Shown here piece after piece: positions 44,001 through 53,795 of a stretch of DNA of 64,000 nucleotides. The DNA is from an uncultured delta proteobacterium (GTDB lineage: Bacteria > Myxococcota_A > Polyangia > Fen-1088): positions 390,714-454,713 of the forward strand of contig CAVTRY010000014.1 of the NCBI GenBank assembly GCA_963737265.1, given 5' to 3'. The notes under the pieces were generated by a model. The model saw only the letters and a list, made by a program, of their open reading frames with translations, had not been told where the DNA came from and ran no database searches. Within the stretch, counting starts at the first letter, position 1. The number at the start of each line of letters is the position of its first letter. A program made the position numbers and the translations under genes.

Positions 44001-44818
44001 TGAACCAGGGCCGACACCGCGTGGTCGACGTCGATCTGTCGCGCTACTTCGATACGATTCGGCACGACCGAATCTTGGCGAAGGTGGCAGGGCGGGTTGT
44101 CGACAGCGATGTACTGGCCATGGTGAAACAGTTTCTCAAGAGCACTGGCGACCAAGGCGTGCCACAAGGCTCGCCGCTGTCACCACTCCTCGCGAACCTC
44201 GCGCTCGACAACCTGGACCACGCTCTCGATCGAGGAGGCGACACCATCACCTATGCCCGATACCTGGACGACATGGTCGTGCTCGCGGCCGACACCCCCA
44301 AGGGGCGGCAGTGGGCAGACCGAGCGCTTATGCGCATCCGCCAAGAGGCGGAGGCCATCGGCGTGTCGCTCAACGCAGAGAAGACCCGTTTGGTTACGAT
44401 AACGGAGCCAAGGGCCAGCTTCGCGTTTCTGGGATTCGAGTTCCGTTGGGAACGGAGCTCGAAGACTGGAACATGGTATTCGAGCAGAACCCCGCGACCG
44501 AAGAAGGTCATTGCGGTCCTACAGGAACTTGGAAACATCCTGCGCCGGAGCCGCCACTTGCCTATGCAAGCGGCAGTGGCGCAGGTGAACCGGGTCCTGC
44601 GGGGCTGGGTGAACTACTTTCGAGTCGGCAACTCGGGGACGGCGTTCGGCAAAATCAAGTACGAGGTCGAGCGCAAGGTGAGGCGACTGGCGGCCAAGAA
44701 GCGCAAGCGCAAGGGATTCGGCTGGAAGCGGTGGAGTAGCGCCGTGGTGTACGGAACGTGGGGTCTCTTTCGAGACTACCGCGTGGTGTACTGGAACGCG
44801 AAAGCCTGCCCCAACTGA
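41038..44818 (+). pseudogene. ltrA: Intron-encoded reverse transcriptase/maturase split by IS21-A; no endonuclease domain
   Basis: GGAPGSD, RDRVVQ, PQGSPLSPLLAN, RYLDD, LRGWVNYF. Confidence 0.9.
41224..43716 (+). mobile_element. IS21-A copy 3 (intact: istA 41336-42835, istB 42832-43680)
   Basis: 7-bp TSD GTTCGAG. Confidence 0.95.
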
Positions 44819-45093
44819 ACGGACGCATAACCCCGATGGAAGACGCCTTCGCGGTGAGCCGAGATGCGGGAAATCCGCCTGTCCGGTTCGATGTGGCGGG
44901 TGCCGGAGACGGGGTGATGGAACCCCTAAACGGGCACGAAGCCGGAAACGGCCGACACAGCCAAGGGGCGTCCTGCACACCACCGCGCCGGTCCCCGACC
45001 CGACTCCACGACACGTTCTGAATCTCAGTCTGAATGGTCGTCGTGGAGTTGGCGCCAATTGGGGGCCGACGGGATACGCCCGACAGTCACGGG

Positions 45094-45876
45094 TCAGCCA
45101 CGCCCGGGTCTAACGAAGCCGCCATTGCCGCGCCCTGGTAGGACGAATCCACCATCGCCCAGGCCCGGGAATGTGAAGCCGCCGTCGCCCTGCCCCGGAA
45201 TTGGGAATGTGAAGCCGCCGTCGCCCTGCCCCGGAATTGGGAATGTGAAGCCGCCGTCGCCCTGCCCCGGAATTGGGAATGTGAAGCCGCCGTCGCCCTG
45301 CCCCGGAATTGGGAATGTGAAGCCGCCGTCGCCCTGCCCCGGAATTGGGAATGTGAAGCCGCCGTCGCCCCGCCCCGGAATTGGGAATGTGAAGCCGCCG
45401 TCGCCCATACTGGGAATAGTGATGCCCGCATCGCCCAAACCGGGGATCGGATTTCCACCGCCGCCCGGGATCGGAATGGTGACGCTGGCGTCTCCGGGAC
45501 CATGGATCACGATGCCCGCGTCGGTCACGACCGGAGTGTTGCCGCCGACCGGGATCGGAATTGTGACGCTGCTGTCGCCTGGACCATGAACGACGATGCC
45601 ACCGTCTGTCACGACCGGCATTGCAAAGCCACCAGCGCCAGAGCCTGGACCGGCGAAGCCACCAGCACCGAACCCATTTGCGCCGGCTAGGCCCGTCGAA
45701 CCCTTGGCTCCGCCCGCGCCGCCCGAGCTCCCGCCGGCACCGGTCTTGCCGCCGCTGCCCTTCGCACCGCCCGTACCAGGTGTGAGGCCGCCGACATTCG
45801 ACGAGCAGCCCAGCGCACCGGCAAATGCGATAATCGCACCGGCAAGGCATGTGTTCAATCGAGACGCATTCTTCAT
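45094..45876 (-). CDS. Gly-rich lipoprotein with 12-aa repeats
   Basis: ALGC lipobox; (FTFPIPGQGDGG)n. Confidence 0.8.
   Translation of the reverse strand: MKNASRLNTCLAGAIIAFAGALGCSSNVGGLTPGTGGAKGSGGKTGAGGSSGGAGGAKGSTGLAGANGFGAGGFAGPGSGAGGFAMPVVTDGGIVVHGPGDSSVTIPIPVGGNTPVVTDAGIVIHGPGDASVTIPIPGGGGNPIPGLGDAGITIPSMGDGGFTFPIPGRGDGGFTFPIPGQGDGGFTFPIPGQGDGGFTFPIPGQGDGGFTFPIPGQGDGGFTFPIPGQGDGGFTFPGLGDGGFVLPGRGNGGFVRPGRG
45167..45406. repeat. 36-bp coding tandem repeat, about 6.7 copies
   Basis: GGGAATGTGAAGCCGCCGTCGCCCTGCCCCGGAATT with no spacers. Confidence 0.95.
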
Positions 45877-45972
45877 GTTGATCTCCCGTGCATGGTGTCC
45901 CCCAACGGGGTTGGTTGCCCAACGGGGTTGGTTGCTCTCTTGGTGCCCGCTGGGAGAAATCCCTTCGGTAGT

Positions 45973-47121
45973 TCAGCGAACGTGCAGACGACGCAACCCT
46001 TCGTCGGCGCCTTCACGAACCTTGGCGGACGAGTTCCGGGCTGCCCGTTCGAAGAGAACGCGCGCTCCTTCGCTGTCACCGGCGTCGAATCGCAGCCACG
46101 CCAGCGCCAAGGCTGCGGCGCCGGCACGAGCGCCCGCATGAAAGCGTTGCAGGAGCACCTCGAACACCTGGCTCGCCTCCCGCGCACGGCCGGCACGAGC
46201 CGTGGCCACGGCTTGCCAATACAATGCGTCTTCCTCCAAGGCCTGGCCGCGTGCTTGCACCGCCACGGCCGAGAAGCTGCGAATGGCTTTGTCCCATTCC
46301 CCACGGCGCAGATGCGACCAAGCCAGATCGAAGCCTTCTCTATTGTTCGTCTCGAAGACTGACTTGGCCTTGTCCGCTGCGGGCTCTGCTGGGGGTGATG
46401 TCGGCTGGCGCTGCCACTCGTCGCCGGCCTGCAATCGCAGATCCATGTCCCCGACGCGAACATCGACTCTGCCCTCCGTGACGGCAACCGACCACAATGC
46501 GTCGCCTCGAGTCTCCACCTCGAATTTTGTGCCGCGCACCTCGACTTCGCCGTCGCCGGTGATGACGCGAAATCGCTGCGCACCCGCTAAATGCGCGACT
46601 TCGAAGGCGACGCGTCCCGCTTCCACGCGCACGGTCTCATCAGGTGGTCCCGACACCCGACGGAACTTCGCCTCGCCGAACGCACGAACCTTCGCCACGG
46701 ATCCCAACTTCCCATCGACTTCGGCGGCTTCGCCCGACCGCTGCACAAGCTGGGATTCCGCACGCCGCCGCACGTAGAACCAGCCACAAAGAACGAGCGC
46801 GATGCTGGCCAGCCCGCCAGCGAAGGCCCAGGTCAGGCGCATGCGTCGCCGTCCAGCCCAGGCAGGTCTTGCTTCAACGTTGGCTACGCTCAAGGCATCG
46901 CGGATGCGTTCGCGCGATGCTTGCGACATCGGCGGAACAGGCGGCAACTCGGCGGCGGCAGAGACGACGGCGCGTAGCTCGTCCGCCAGTTGCGCGCACG
47001 CCGGACAACTGCGCAGGTGGCAAACCACATTCGCGCTGGTTTCCGCCTGGGAAAGCGCCTGGGTGATTTCCCAGCCCGCTGGGCACGACGAATTGTCGAA
47101 ATGCGGCCGAAAGTGAATCAT
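45973..47121 (-). CDS. Anti-sigma factor (Zn-finger, TM, FecR, TPR)
   Basis: HLRSCPAC, TM helix, VEVRGTKFEV, C-terminal TPR-like helices. Confidence 0.85.
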   Translation of the reverse strand: MIHFRPHFDNSSCPAGWEITQALSQAETSANVVCHLRSCPACAQLADELRAVVSAAAELPPVPPMSQASRERIRDALSVANVEARPAWAGRRRMRLTWAFAGGLASIALVLCGWFYVRRRAESQLVQRSGEAAEVDGKLGSVAKVRAFGEAKFRRVSGPPDETVRVEAGRVAFEVAHLAGAQRFRVITGDGEVEVRGTKFEVETRGDALWSVAVTEGRVDVRVGDMDLRLQAGDEWQRQPTSPPAEPAADKAKSVFETNNREGFDLAWSHLRRGEWDKAIRSFSAVAVQARGQALEEDALYWQAVATARAGRAREASQVFEVLLQRFHAGARAGAAALALAWLRFDAGDSEGARVLFERAARNSSAKVREGADEGLRRLHVR

Positions 47122-47714
47122 GGTGCCTCCTTGTCGAGCAACTGCCCGCGCAACCTCATGCGCGCCTCGTGGAGCCGGCGCCAGACCGTGCCCTCGGGCA
47201 GGTCAAGAGCGTGCGCAACCTCGGTCCCGCGCAAACCCTCCACATCGCACAGAAGAAAGACTTCTTTGTGGTCTCGCGACAACTCGTCAAAAGCACGCGC
47301 GAGTCGCGCGATGAGCTGTCGGTTCGAGGACTCGTCAAAGGGCGATTCGGCCATCGGTACGGACGGCAGTGTCCTGCCCAGGTTCGTCAAGGCCGATCGG
47401 TGGCGGACTTCGCCGCGAACATAGTGGCGCATGACATTCACCGCGACGCCGACAATCCACGTGCCGACCGCTGACTTCGCGTTGTAGCGCGCGGCCGAAC
47501 GTTGGACCTCGAGAAAGGTGCTTTGCACGAGATCGTCCACATCGACGGTGTTGACCGAGCGCAGGCGGGCGAGAATACGGTGAACGCGCTCGTGATGGCG
47601 CCCGAAAAGCTCCGCCATGGCCGCTCTCTCGCGACGGGCGACACAGCGAACCAGGTCCACGTCGGAAAGCTCGCGGTAGGTGTCGCGGTGAAGGTGCAAC
47701 AGGCGCTCGCTCAT
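47118..47714 (-). CDS. ECF sigma-70 factor
   Basis: DDLVQSTFL, VFLLCDVEGL..EVAHALDLPEGTVWRRLHEAR. Confidence 0.9.
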   Translation of the reverse strand: MSERLLHLHRDTYRELSDVDLVRCVARRERAAMAELFGRHHERVHRILARLRSVNTVDVDDLVQSTFLEVQRSAARYNAKSAVGTWIVGVAVNVMRHYVRGEVRHRSALTNLGRTLPSVPMAESPFDESSNRQLIARLARAFDELSRDHKEVFLLCDVEGLRGTEVAHALDLPEGTVWRRLHEARMRLRGQLLDKEAP

Positions 47715-48658
47715 CGACGGTACTCCAAGCCCAAGGCGAGCCACGCCATCTGACCGGGCGGCTCGGGCACGTAAGAGACCAATGGCGAGATCAACCCAAA
47801 ACCCTGCTGTCTCGATGCGTGGGCCAGGGCGATACCCAACTCCCCGGCAAAATCTAGTCGAAGTGCCCATGACGTCGACAGGAACAGGGCGGCACCGAGC
47901 GAGAGCTGTCCGCGCAGGTCGTAGTCGGAAACAGACTTGCGAAATGGCGACGGGAACAGCGATGACTGCGTGTACGCCACACCAAGTGCCAATGCTGGTA
48001 GGAGCTGCCAACGTTGGCCGCCGAGCGGTATGCCCAGAAGGGCCGCGCCGTACCACTGGGATCGTACGAGATCCGACAAGATCCCACCCCCGTTGTCGTC
48101 CTGCGCGAACCGTGCTCGAACACCGATGCAACTCCAAGCCGCTCGCACGCAGCCATCGAGCTCGAATCCGTACCAGGTCGAAGAGTCCGAGCCGAGCAGG
48201 AATCCACCGAGCAGGCTGACCTGCCCGATCCGCTCCGTGGATTCGGTCTCGGTTCCAGGGTGCTCCTCGACCGAAGGCGTGCTCGGTCGATAGAGGAGAT
48301 CGGTGTCCTCTCCAAGCACGAAGCTCTCCACCAAGCTTGCGGCAACGGCGGCTGCGTTTGCGTCTCTTTGGATCCGCCGCCGCGCCTCTTTGCCTTCCGC
48401 GTCGCGGATATTGACCGTGATGGACGCTTGGTCCGACGACTCGTCGACCAGCACGCGGGCGTGGTTGCCCCCGCAAACCTCGACGCGCGTGTGAATGCCG
48501 TGCTGTTCGAGCAGGGACGCGATGGACGCGGCCAAGGTACTATCGCCGCTAGCCGTTTCCACCATGACACATGCATCCAATGCCCTCGCGGGCCGCGAAA
48601 GCAATAGTACCGCGAACACAAGCCATCCCAGGCTTGAGGTGGACAACCGCCGGCTCAT
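47711..48658 (-). CDS. Exported, probably outer-membrane protein upstream of the ECF sigma
   Basis: Signal peptide ending ARA; beta-strand-like C-terminus LGLEY. Confidence 0.65.
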   Translation of the reverse strand: MSRRLSTSSLGWLVFAVLLLSRPARALDACVMVETASGDSTLAASIASLLEQHGIHTRVEVCGGNHARVLVDESSDQASITVNIRDAEGKEARRRIQRDANAAAVAASLVESFVLGEDTDLLYRPSTPSVEEHPGTETESTERIGQVSLLGGFLLGSDSSTWYGFELDGCVRAAWSCIGVRARFAQDDNGGGILSDLVRSQWYGAALLGIPLGGQRWQLLPALALGVAYTQSSLFPSPFRKSVSDYDLRGQLSLGAALFLSTSWALRLDFAGELGIALAHASRQQGFGLISPLVSYVPEPPGQMAWLALGLEYRR

Positions 48659-49309
48659 TCCCTGGAAACACACCCAAGTCCCCGTTGGACAAAGACAGAC
48701 GGCGCCGCCCGAGGTTGGGACGCAGGCGCTGGTTGGCCCCGCCGTGCAGGACACGCCTCGTTGGACGGACGCTTCGCACGATGGAACGCCACCGGGCGGG
48801 ATGCCGGCGTCGGGTCGAGGGAACGGGTCCGGAAGGGTGAGGTGGTCTGGGAAACCCACATCATTCGATTGTATTCGGCTCGTGCTCTGCTGTCCGGTCG
48901 ATGTTGCGCGCCGAGGGCGAATGCACCGCCCGGCCCGGTCCTCCACTCGTGCCACCGCCTCCCCCCCACCACGCGCAATGTCTGCTCCGCTATCAGAGTC
49001 AGACGTCGCCGAACCATGATCCACTCGTAAAAAGTCCCAAGCGGCTTTTCGGGTGGTCTGAAACTTCCCCGCATTGAGATATCCACAGGCCAAGCCGCCA
49101 GATTGCAAGCTCCAGAAAGGGGTGTCTTCGGAAAAGGGGGGTTTTACGAACGGATCAACCATCGCAGCCGAAGAGGCATGCACCGACCGCCAGGCCGGCC
49201 AGACACAATCGCGACGCCCATCGACATATCGTTTAACTTCCTCGGATGCGGGATCCCCGTGAGGCACCTCGGTGGCGGAGTATAGGCGACGCAGGCGCCG
49301 AAGCACGGC

Positions 49310-49890
49310 TGGCGACGTCAGGCCGCTACCTCGGGGTCGCGTCGGGCAAGCCGCCGTCGACGGGGATGGTGGCGCCGGTGGTGGGGGGTTGGCGGGTGAG
49401 AAAGAAGAGCACGGCGCGTGCCACGTGCTCGGCGATGACGGGGGCTTTGAGGAGGTTGCGCGAGTGGTAGTATTCTTCCAGGCCGTGTTCATCGAGGCCA
49501 CGCGTCTTCATGCGGTTGGGCCCGACGGCGGCCCACAGACCCGAGCGCTTTTCTCCGTGCGAGAAAACGGCGTCGGGGGCGACCATGTTGACCCGCACGC
49601 CGAGCTGGGCAAATTCGAGGCTGGCGATGCGCGCGAGCTGATGGGCCGCGGCTTTGGTGGCGCTGTAGGCGCCGAAGCCCGCACCGGGGGCGAACACGCT
49701 TTTCGTCGATACCAGCACCACGTCGCCGCCCGTTCCTTGCAGAGCGAAGTGGCGGCCCGCTTGGGCGAGCACGAGCAGCGTGCCTTCCACGTTGACGCTT
49801 TCGAGCTTGCGAAAGGCATCGAGGCTCAGCTCGGTGAGGGGCGCCATGTGGGCGATGCCGGCGCTGACGATCACGCCGTCGATACCGCCG
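49310..49890 (-). pseudogene. SDR domain fragment (aldolase/dehydrogenase-like C-terminus)
   Basis: GGIDGVIVSAG, YSATK, VRVNMVAPD, VDGG. Confidence 0.75.
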
Positions 49891-50143
49891 CGAGAATGTG
49901 CGAGCCAATAGTCAACCAGCGCCACCGCCAATCGGCGAACCGCAAACCCTAGACCAGCCAGCCACGCATGCCGCTGAAGAACCTTCATTTCACGCCGCTG
50001 CGCCACACTTTGAAGGCATCCACGAAACGAAGAAAGAGACGGACATTTGCCCGAGAGTGCACGGCTGCCCCCCTTTGTGTGACCCCATGAAGGGGTCTAG
50101 AGGTGGGGGTAAAATTCATGGCGTTGCCGAAGAGCGCCGGGCC

Positions 50144-51145
50144 ATAGGCGATTCGAAGCGGTATTTTGAGCGTTGGAGAACCCTGCCGGACCGCATCAGG
50201 TCGGCCCCGATCACGTTGGCGCAGCGCACTTGACCGGGTTTCGGGGGTCTGACGGGGTCTTTCTCGAGCCGCAGGGCAGTCGACTCCATCCCGACCTGGT
50301 CGACGTGCCGTCAGTTCAGCCAGTCTCCGCCCTCGCCACCAGATCGCGAGGGAGGCGGCCGTGCGGGCCAGAGGTTGGGCGGCTCGGCGACGGGCGCGGC
50401 GCAGCCGCGTGGGGCAGGGGCAGGGTGGGTAGGCCCAAGGCTCCGAAGGAGCAGGGCAAGCCCATGGCAGAGAGAATCTTCTTGATGGTGTCCTCGGTCT
50501 CGACCATGGCGATGAGGCGCAGCGGGGTTTTGCAGCGAGGGCAGACGGTGTCGATCTCGAACGTATTTTTCAGAAGCTGGGACCAGGAAATGTAGTGTGA
50601 AAGTGGCAGTGAAGGCTTGTCGTCTTCCTCGGGCGCGGCCACGGCGGGGACTGGGACGACTTGGCTGCGGAGGCTGGAGTGTGACGAGATGACCCCCGAG
50701 TATCTGACGACATGCCGACGAGGAGGGGGAACCAAGGCCGCCAAGCGCGCAATAAGGGCGAGCGGCGCAAGGTCAACTGACGATGTGTCCCTACGGGACT
50801 AGGGCCTACCCACCCAACCCCTGCCCCACGCGGCTTCGCCGCGCCCGTCGCCGACGGACCAAGGCCGCTTGAACTCCAGCCTCACGTGACCGTCGTCGAG
50901 GATCTTGAGGCGGTCGTTGGCCAGCGGCGGGCGCAAGATGTACTTGCACAGGTTCTCGCGACCCTTCTTGTCGTTGGCGGCGACCTTGGTCTGCGCATGC
51001 AGGTTAAACCCGGCTTGCTGGCCGCATAGCTTGCCCTTGGCCACGGGAGTGGCGTCTGGGTCGAGCACGATACGCACGGGCGACGGGCGCGGCGAAGCCG
51101 CGTGGGGCAGGGGTTGGGCGGGCAGGCCCTAGCGCGCTTGTGCGG
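50144..51145 (-). mobile_element. IS91-like 3' remnant with three 52-bp insertions
   Basis: Colinear with the other copies apart from inserts near 50386, 50788 and 51079. Confidence 0.85.
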
Positions 51146-51546
51146 CGCCCGAGCAGGCGTCGCACGGCCTCTTCCACGATGGCGTCGCCGTTGCGAGTCA
51201 GGATGGATTCGGGGGCTCTTCACCAAGGTGGACTTCCGCGGTGAATTTCGCGAGCGCCCGCTGCGCGTCAAAACACCGTCGCGGTACGAACATTTCGTGC
51301 GTCACCGACCAGCGTTGACGATGCTCTTGATACCCTTCTTCGCGCAATGGTACGCTGCCGCGCACAGGAACAAAATCTTGCGGGAATTGGAGGCAGGACT
51401 GTGGCGAACAACGACTATCTGAATGATGCGCAGCCGACGCCAAGGGCTCGGCTATTAGTTGCTGTAGCCGGTGGCTTTTGCCCTAAGTCTTGCGCGTCCA
51501 ACGGCTTCGCCCGACGACTTTGGCCAGTTATCTTTGGAGGAATGCG

Positions 51547-52305
51547 ATGACATCGACGAAGGGTAACATTGAAGAGGTACATTTCTACCCTGGCAGTCAC
51601 GAAATGATTTACCTGGTCAACGGGGAGCCCAAGGTTCTTGCCGAAGCCTGGGGTGGTCCACCTCACGCAATTCCTCCAGCCAAAGGCGAGAAGATGGCGA
51701 GAGAGCCGACTTCCGCTGGAGAATTCGTCATCGCTGGAACGGAGGCATATAGAACCGACACTTGGGGCACGTCAAAGATCCCCTGGGGAACTCCCATTCG
51801 GCGAAGCAAGACGGACGCTCGGAAGATCGAGTTTCGCACTGAATCTGGCAAATGGAAGCCTCTGTCCATGATGATTACGAGAACGATTTACGATGATAAC
51901 AACCAGCCCAGAGATGAGACAGTGCCGCTGACAGTCGGGATTCTGATGAGTTGGTATATGGACAATTACCGGAGCAGTCTGTTTCCGAGCACGTGGCTGT
52001 TAAACGATTTCGGGCCTATTGCCGTGCGGTACTTTCAAGACCGAAACAAGAACCGAAGACTCGATGCGGGGGAGAAGCTCGAGGGCCGGATGATCCATAC
52101 GACTCCGGAGAACGAGGCTACGACCTTCTTGAACGAGAAGAATCCATTGGCGCCTCGCCCAATCGACCTGGACCCGTCACACGGGTGCATTCATATTCGC
52201 CCCATCGATCTGAGGTCATTCTTGAAGAACGGCGCATTTCGCTACGGGATGCCCCTAATCATTCACTATTACGACGAATCCTATTCCGGAAGCCTTCGAC
52301 GGTGA
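51547..52305 (+). CDS. L,D-transpeptidase-like protein
   Basis: MIHTTP...SHGCIHI motif. Confidence 0.6.
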   Translation: MTSTKGNIEEVHFYPGSHEMIYLVNGEPKVLAEAWGGPPHAIPPAKGEKMAREPTSAGEFVIAGTEAYRTDTWGTSKIPWGTPIRRSKTDARKIEFRTESGKWKPLSMMITRTIYDDNNQPRDETVPLTVGILMSWYMDNYRSSLFPSTWLLNDFGPIAVRYFQDRNKNRRLDAGEKLEGRMIHTTPENEATTFLNEKNPLAPRPIDLDPSHGCIHIRPIDLRSFLKNGAFRYGMPLIIHYYDESYSGSLRR

Positions 52306-52312
52306 TGCGCCG

Positions 52313-53368
52313 ATGTTTTGGCTGCCGCTAATTGCACTACTTTCCGCGAACGCCGCTGATGCTGTGGTCGCCCCCGGAACGCTGGAGAAGCCAGCGCTCT
52401 CCTGGCGCTCTTCCAAAACGGAGACCGGGCGGCTTGCCCTATTTTCCGTCGGCGATGGTTGGCTTGCGCTCGTTGCAATGACGGCAAAGGTTCAGTTCCG
52501 ATCGCCGGCGGGAGCATGGTCCAAAGTCACCGACCTTCCCGTGGACATGGTGCTTCGGGTCGCACACGCCGACCACGGCATCTTAGTTGCCGGGCGTAAA
52601 ACGGAGGAATATCGGACCACAACGATATTCTTTGTCGACATCGAGGGACGCACGCTTGAAACATGGCAGCTCTCCCAGAGGGTCCACTCGCTCGCCGCTT
52701 GGCAGGGAAGACGCTGGGCCACCGTTTCCGATGGGACGAGAGGACAGTTCCCCGGCTTCGATCTGATCGAATTGTTGCCGAAGGGGAGTTTCATCGTTCG
52801 CGAGAAAGTACCACCTGCCGAAGACCGCGGAGAAATGGTTCGTACAAGCTCTGTGTTCCTCGATTTCGGCCCGTCCGGCGAAAGGATCTACTGTTCGTAC
52901 CCAGAATGCATGTTTGAGGCTGGACCCTGTCATCCTGGCTTCTGCTATCGCCAAGATAAGGTTCAGTGGATCCGCTATGGAAGCTGGTTGGGGACCAGGC
53001 TTTGCGGTGGCTACTTACTCGAGAATGAATACGCCAGCGGTGTCATCGACCACTTCGAATTCACGAGGAATCGCGCCGTTGTCCGACGGATTTCGGATGG
53101 CAACGAAGCGGGTTCGATCAATTTTAAGAAGCGCGACGGCCAGGCTTGCGCTGGTCCCGACGAGCTTTTGCTGGCTTCCGATTCGGTCACGAGTGTAAGT
53201 CTCCCATCGGGACGAAGACTGTGGTCGGTTCCAGTTCCACGGTCCGTTGGACGCGCCATAGCGGTCGCACGGGCGAGTGTCTGTACAATTGCTCTTACCA
53301 CGAAGGATGCCATCCTACGTATCTGTCCCGGCGACGGTCAGAAGATGGTAACGACCATCGCGAGGTAG
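52313..53368 (+). CDS. Exported hypothetical protein
   Basis: Signal peptide; 351-aa ORF adjacent to the previous gene. Confidence 0.6.
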   Translation: MFWLPLIALLSANAADAVVAPGTLEKPALSWRSSKTETGRLALFSVGDGWLALVAMTAKVQFRSPAGAWSKVTDLPVDMVLRVAHADHGILVAGRKTEEYRTTTIFFVDIEGRTLETWQLSQRVHSLAAWQGRRWATVSDGTRGQFPGFDLIELLPKGSFIVREKVPPAEDRGEMVRTSSVFLDFGPSGERIYCSYPECMFEAGPCHPGFCYRQDKVQWIRYGSWLGTRLCGGYLLENEYASGVIDHFEFTRNRAVVRRISDGNEAGSINFKKRDGQACAGPDELLLASDSVTSVSLPSGRRLWSVPVPRSVGRAIAVARASVCTIALTTKDAILRICPGDGQKMVTTIAR

Positions 53369-53557
53369 ACAACGATGGCGACCTTCCTGCTTGGCCGCGC
53401 GCCATGCGTTCAAGCTCGCTCCGCTCATCGTCCGTCAACTCGATGTGGATGGGTGTCGGGGCAAAGGCCATGCCGCCACTTCATCACGCTGACGAGCGCC
53501 GTCCAGTCTTTGACTGACGCCGCCTTGGTCACCCTTTTGCGGGGAGTTGTACTTAGT
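53369..53557 (-). mobile_element. IS630-like 5' remnant
   Basis: MAFAPTPIHIELTDDERSELERMAR; possible TA-flanked end. Confidence 0.5.
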
Positions 53558-53795
53558 ACACGAACGGAATCAGCTTGTGGACCCGCTTCTGATAGACCGC
53601 GTAGGCGGGATACTTGGCGGAAAGCCAGCGCTCCTCGCGGCGCGACTTCACGTCGAGGAACAGTAATAGCACGATGGCATACATCGCCGTCAGCGGGCCG
53701 CGCACAAAGAGGGCCCAGCCGAGAGCGAGGGCGAAGCCACCGCAGTAGATGGGATGGCGGACGAATCCATAGACCCCGGTCTGGATGAGCTGACC

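Larger units (their letters stand above)
40529..45004 (+). ncRNA. Group II intron (contains IS21-A)
   Basis: Probable 5' end GTGATGCC; domain V GAGCCGAGATGCGGGAAATCCGCCTGTCCGGTTCG near 44856; 3' end CCCGAC. Confidence 0.85.

Noticed and set aside
41038-44818. Retron, DGR or defence RT
   Set aside because: Domain V/VI RNA and the maturase motif identify a group II intron
45167-45406. 36-bp repeats resembling a CRISPR array
   Set aside because: Contiguous, no spacers, in-frame coding repeat, no cas genes
47711-49501. 596-aa ORF as a single protein
   Set aside because: The 5' part is off-frame SDR sequence and a lipoprotein remnant; the plausible start with a signal peptide is 48658
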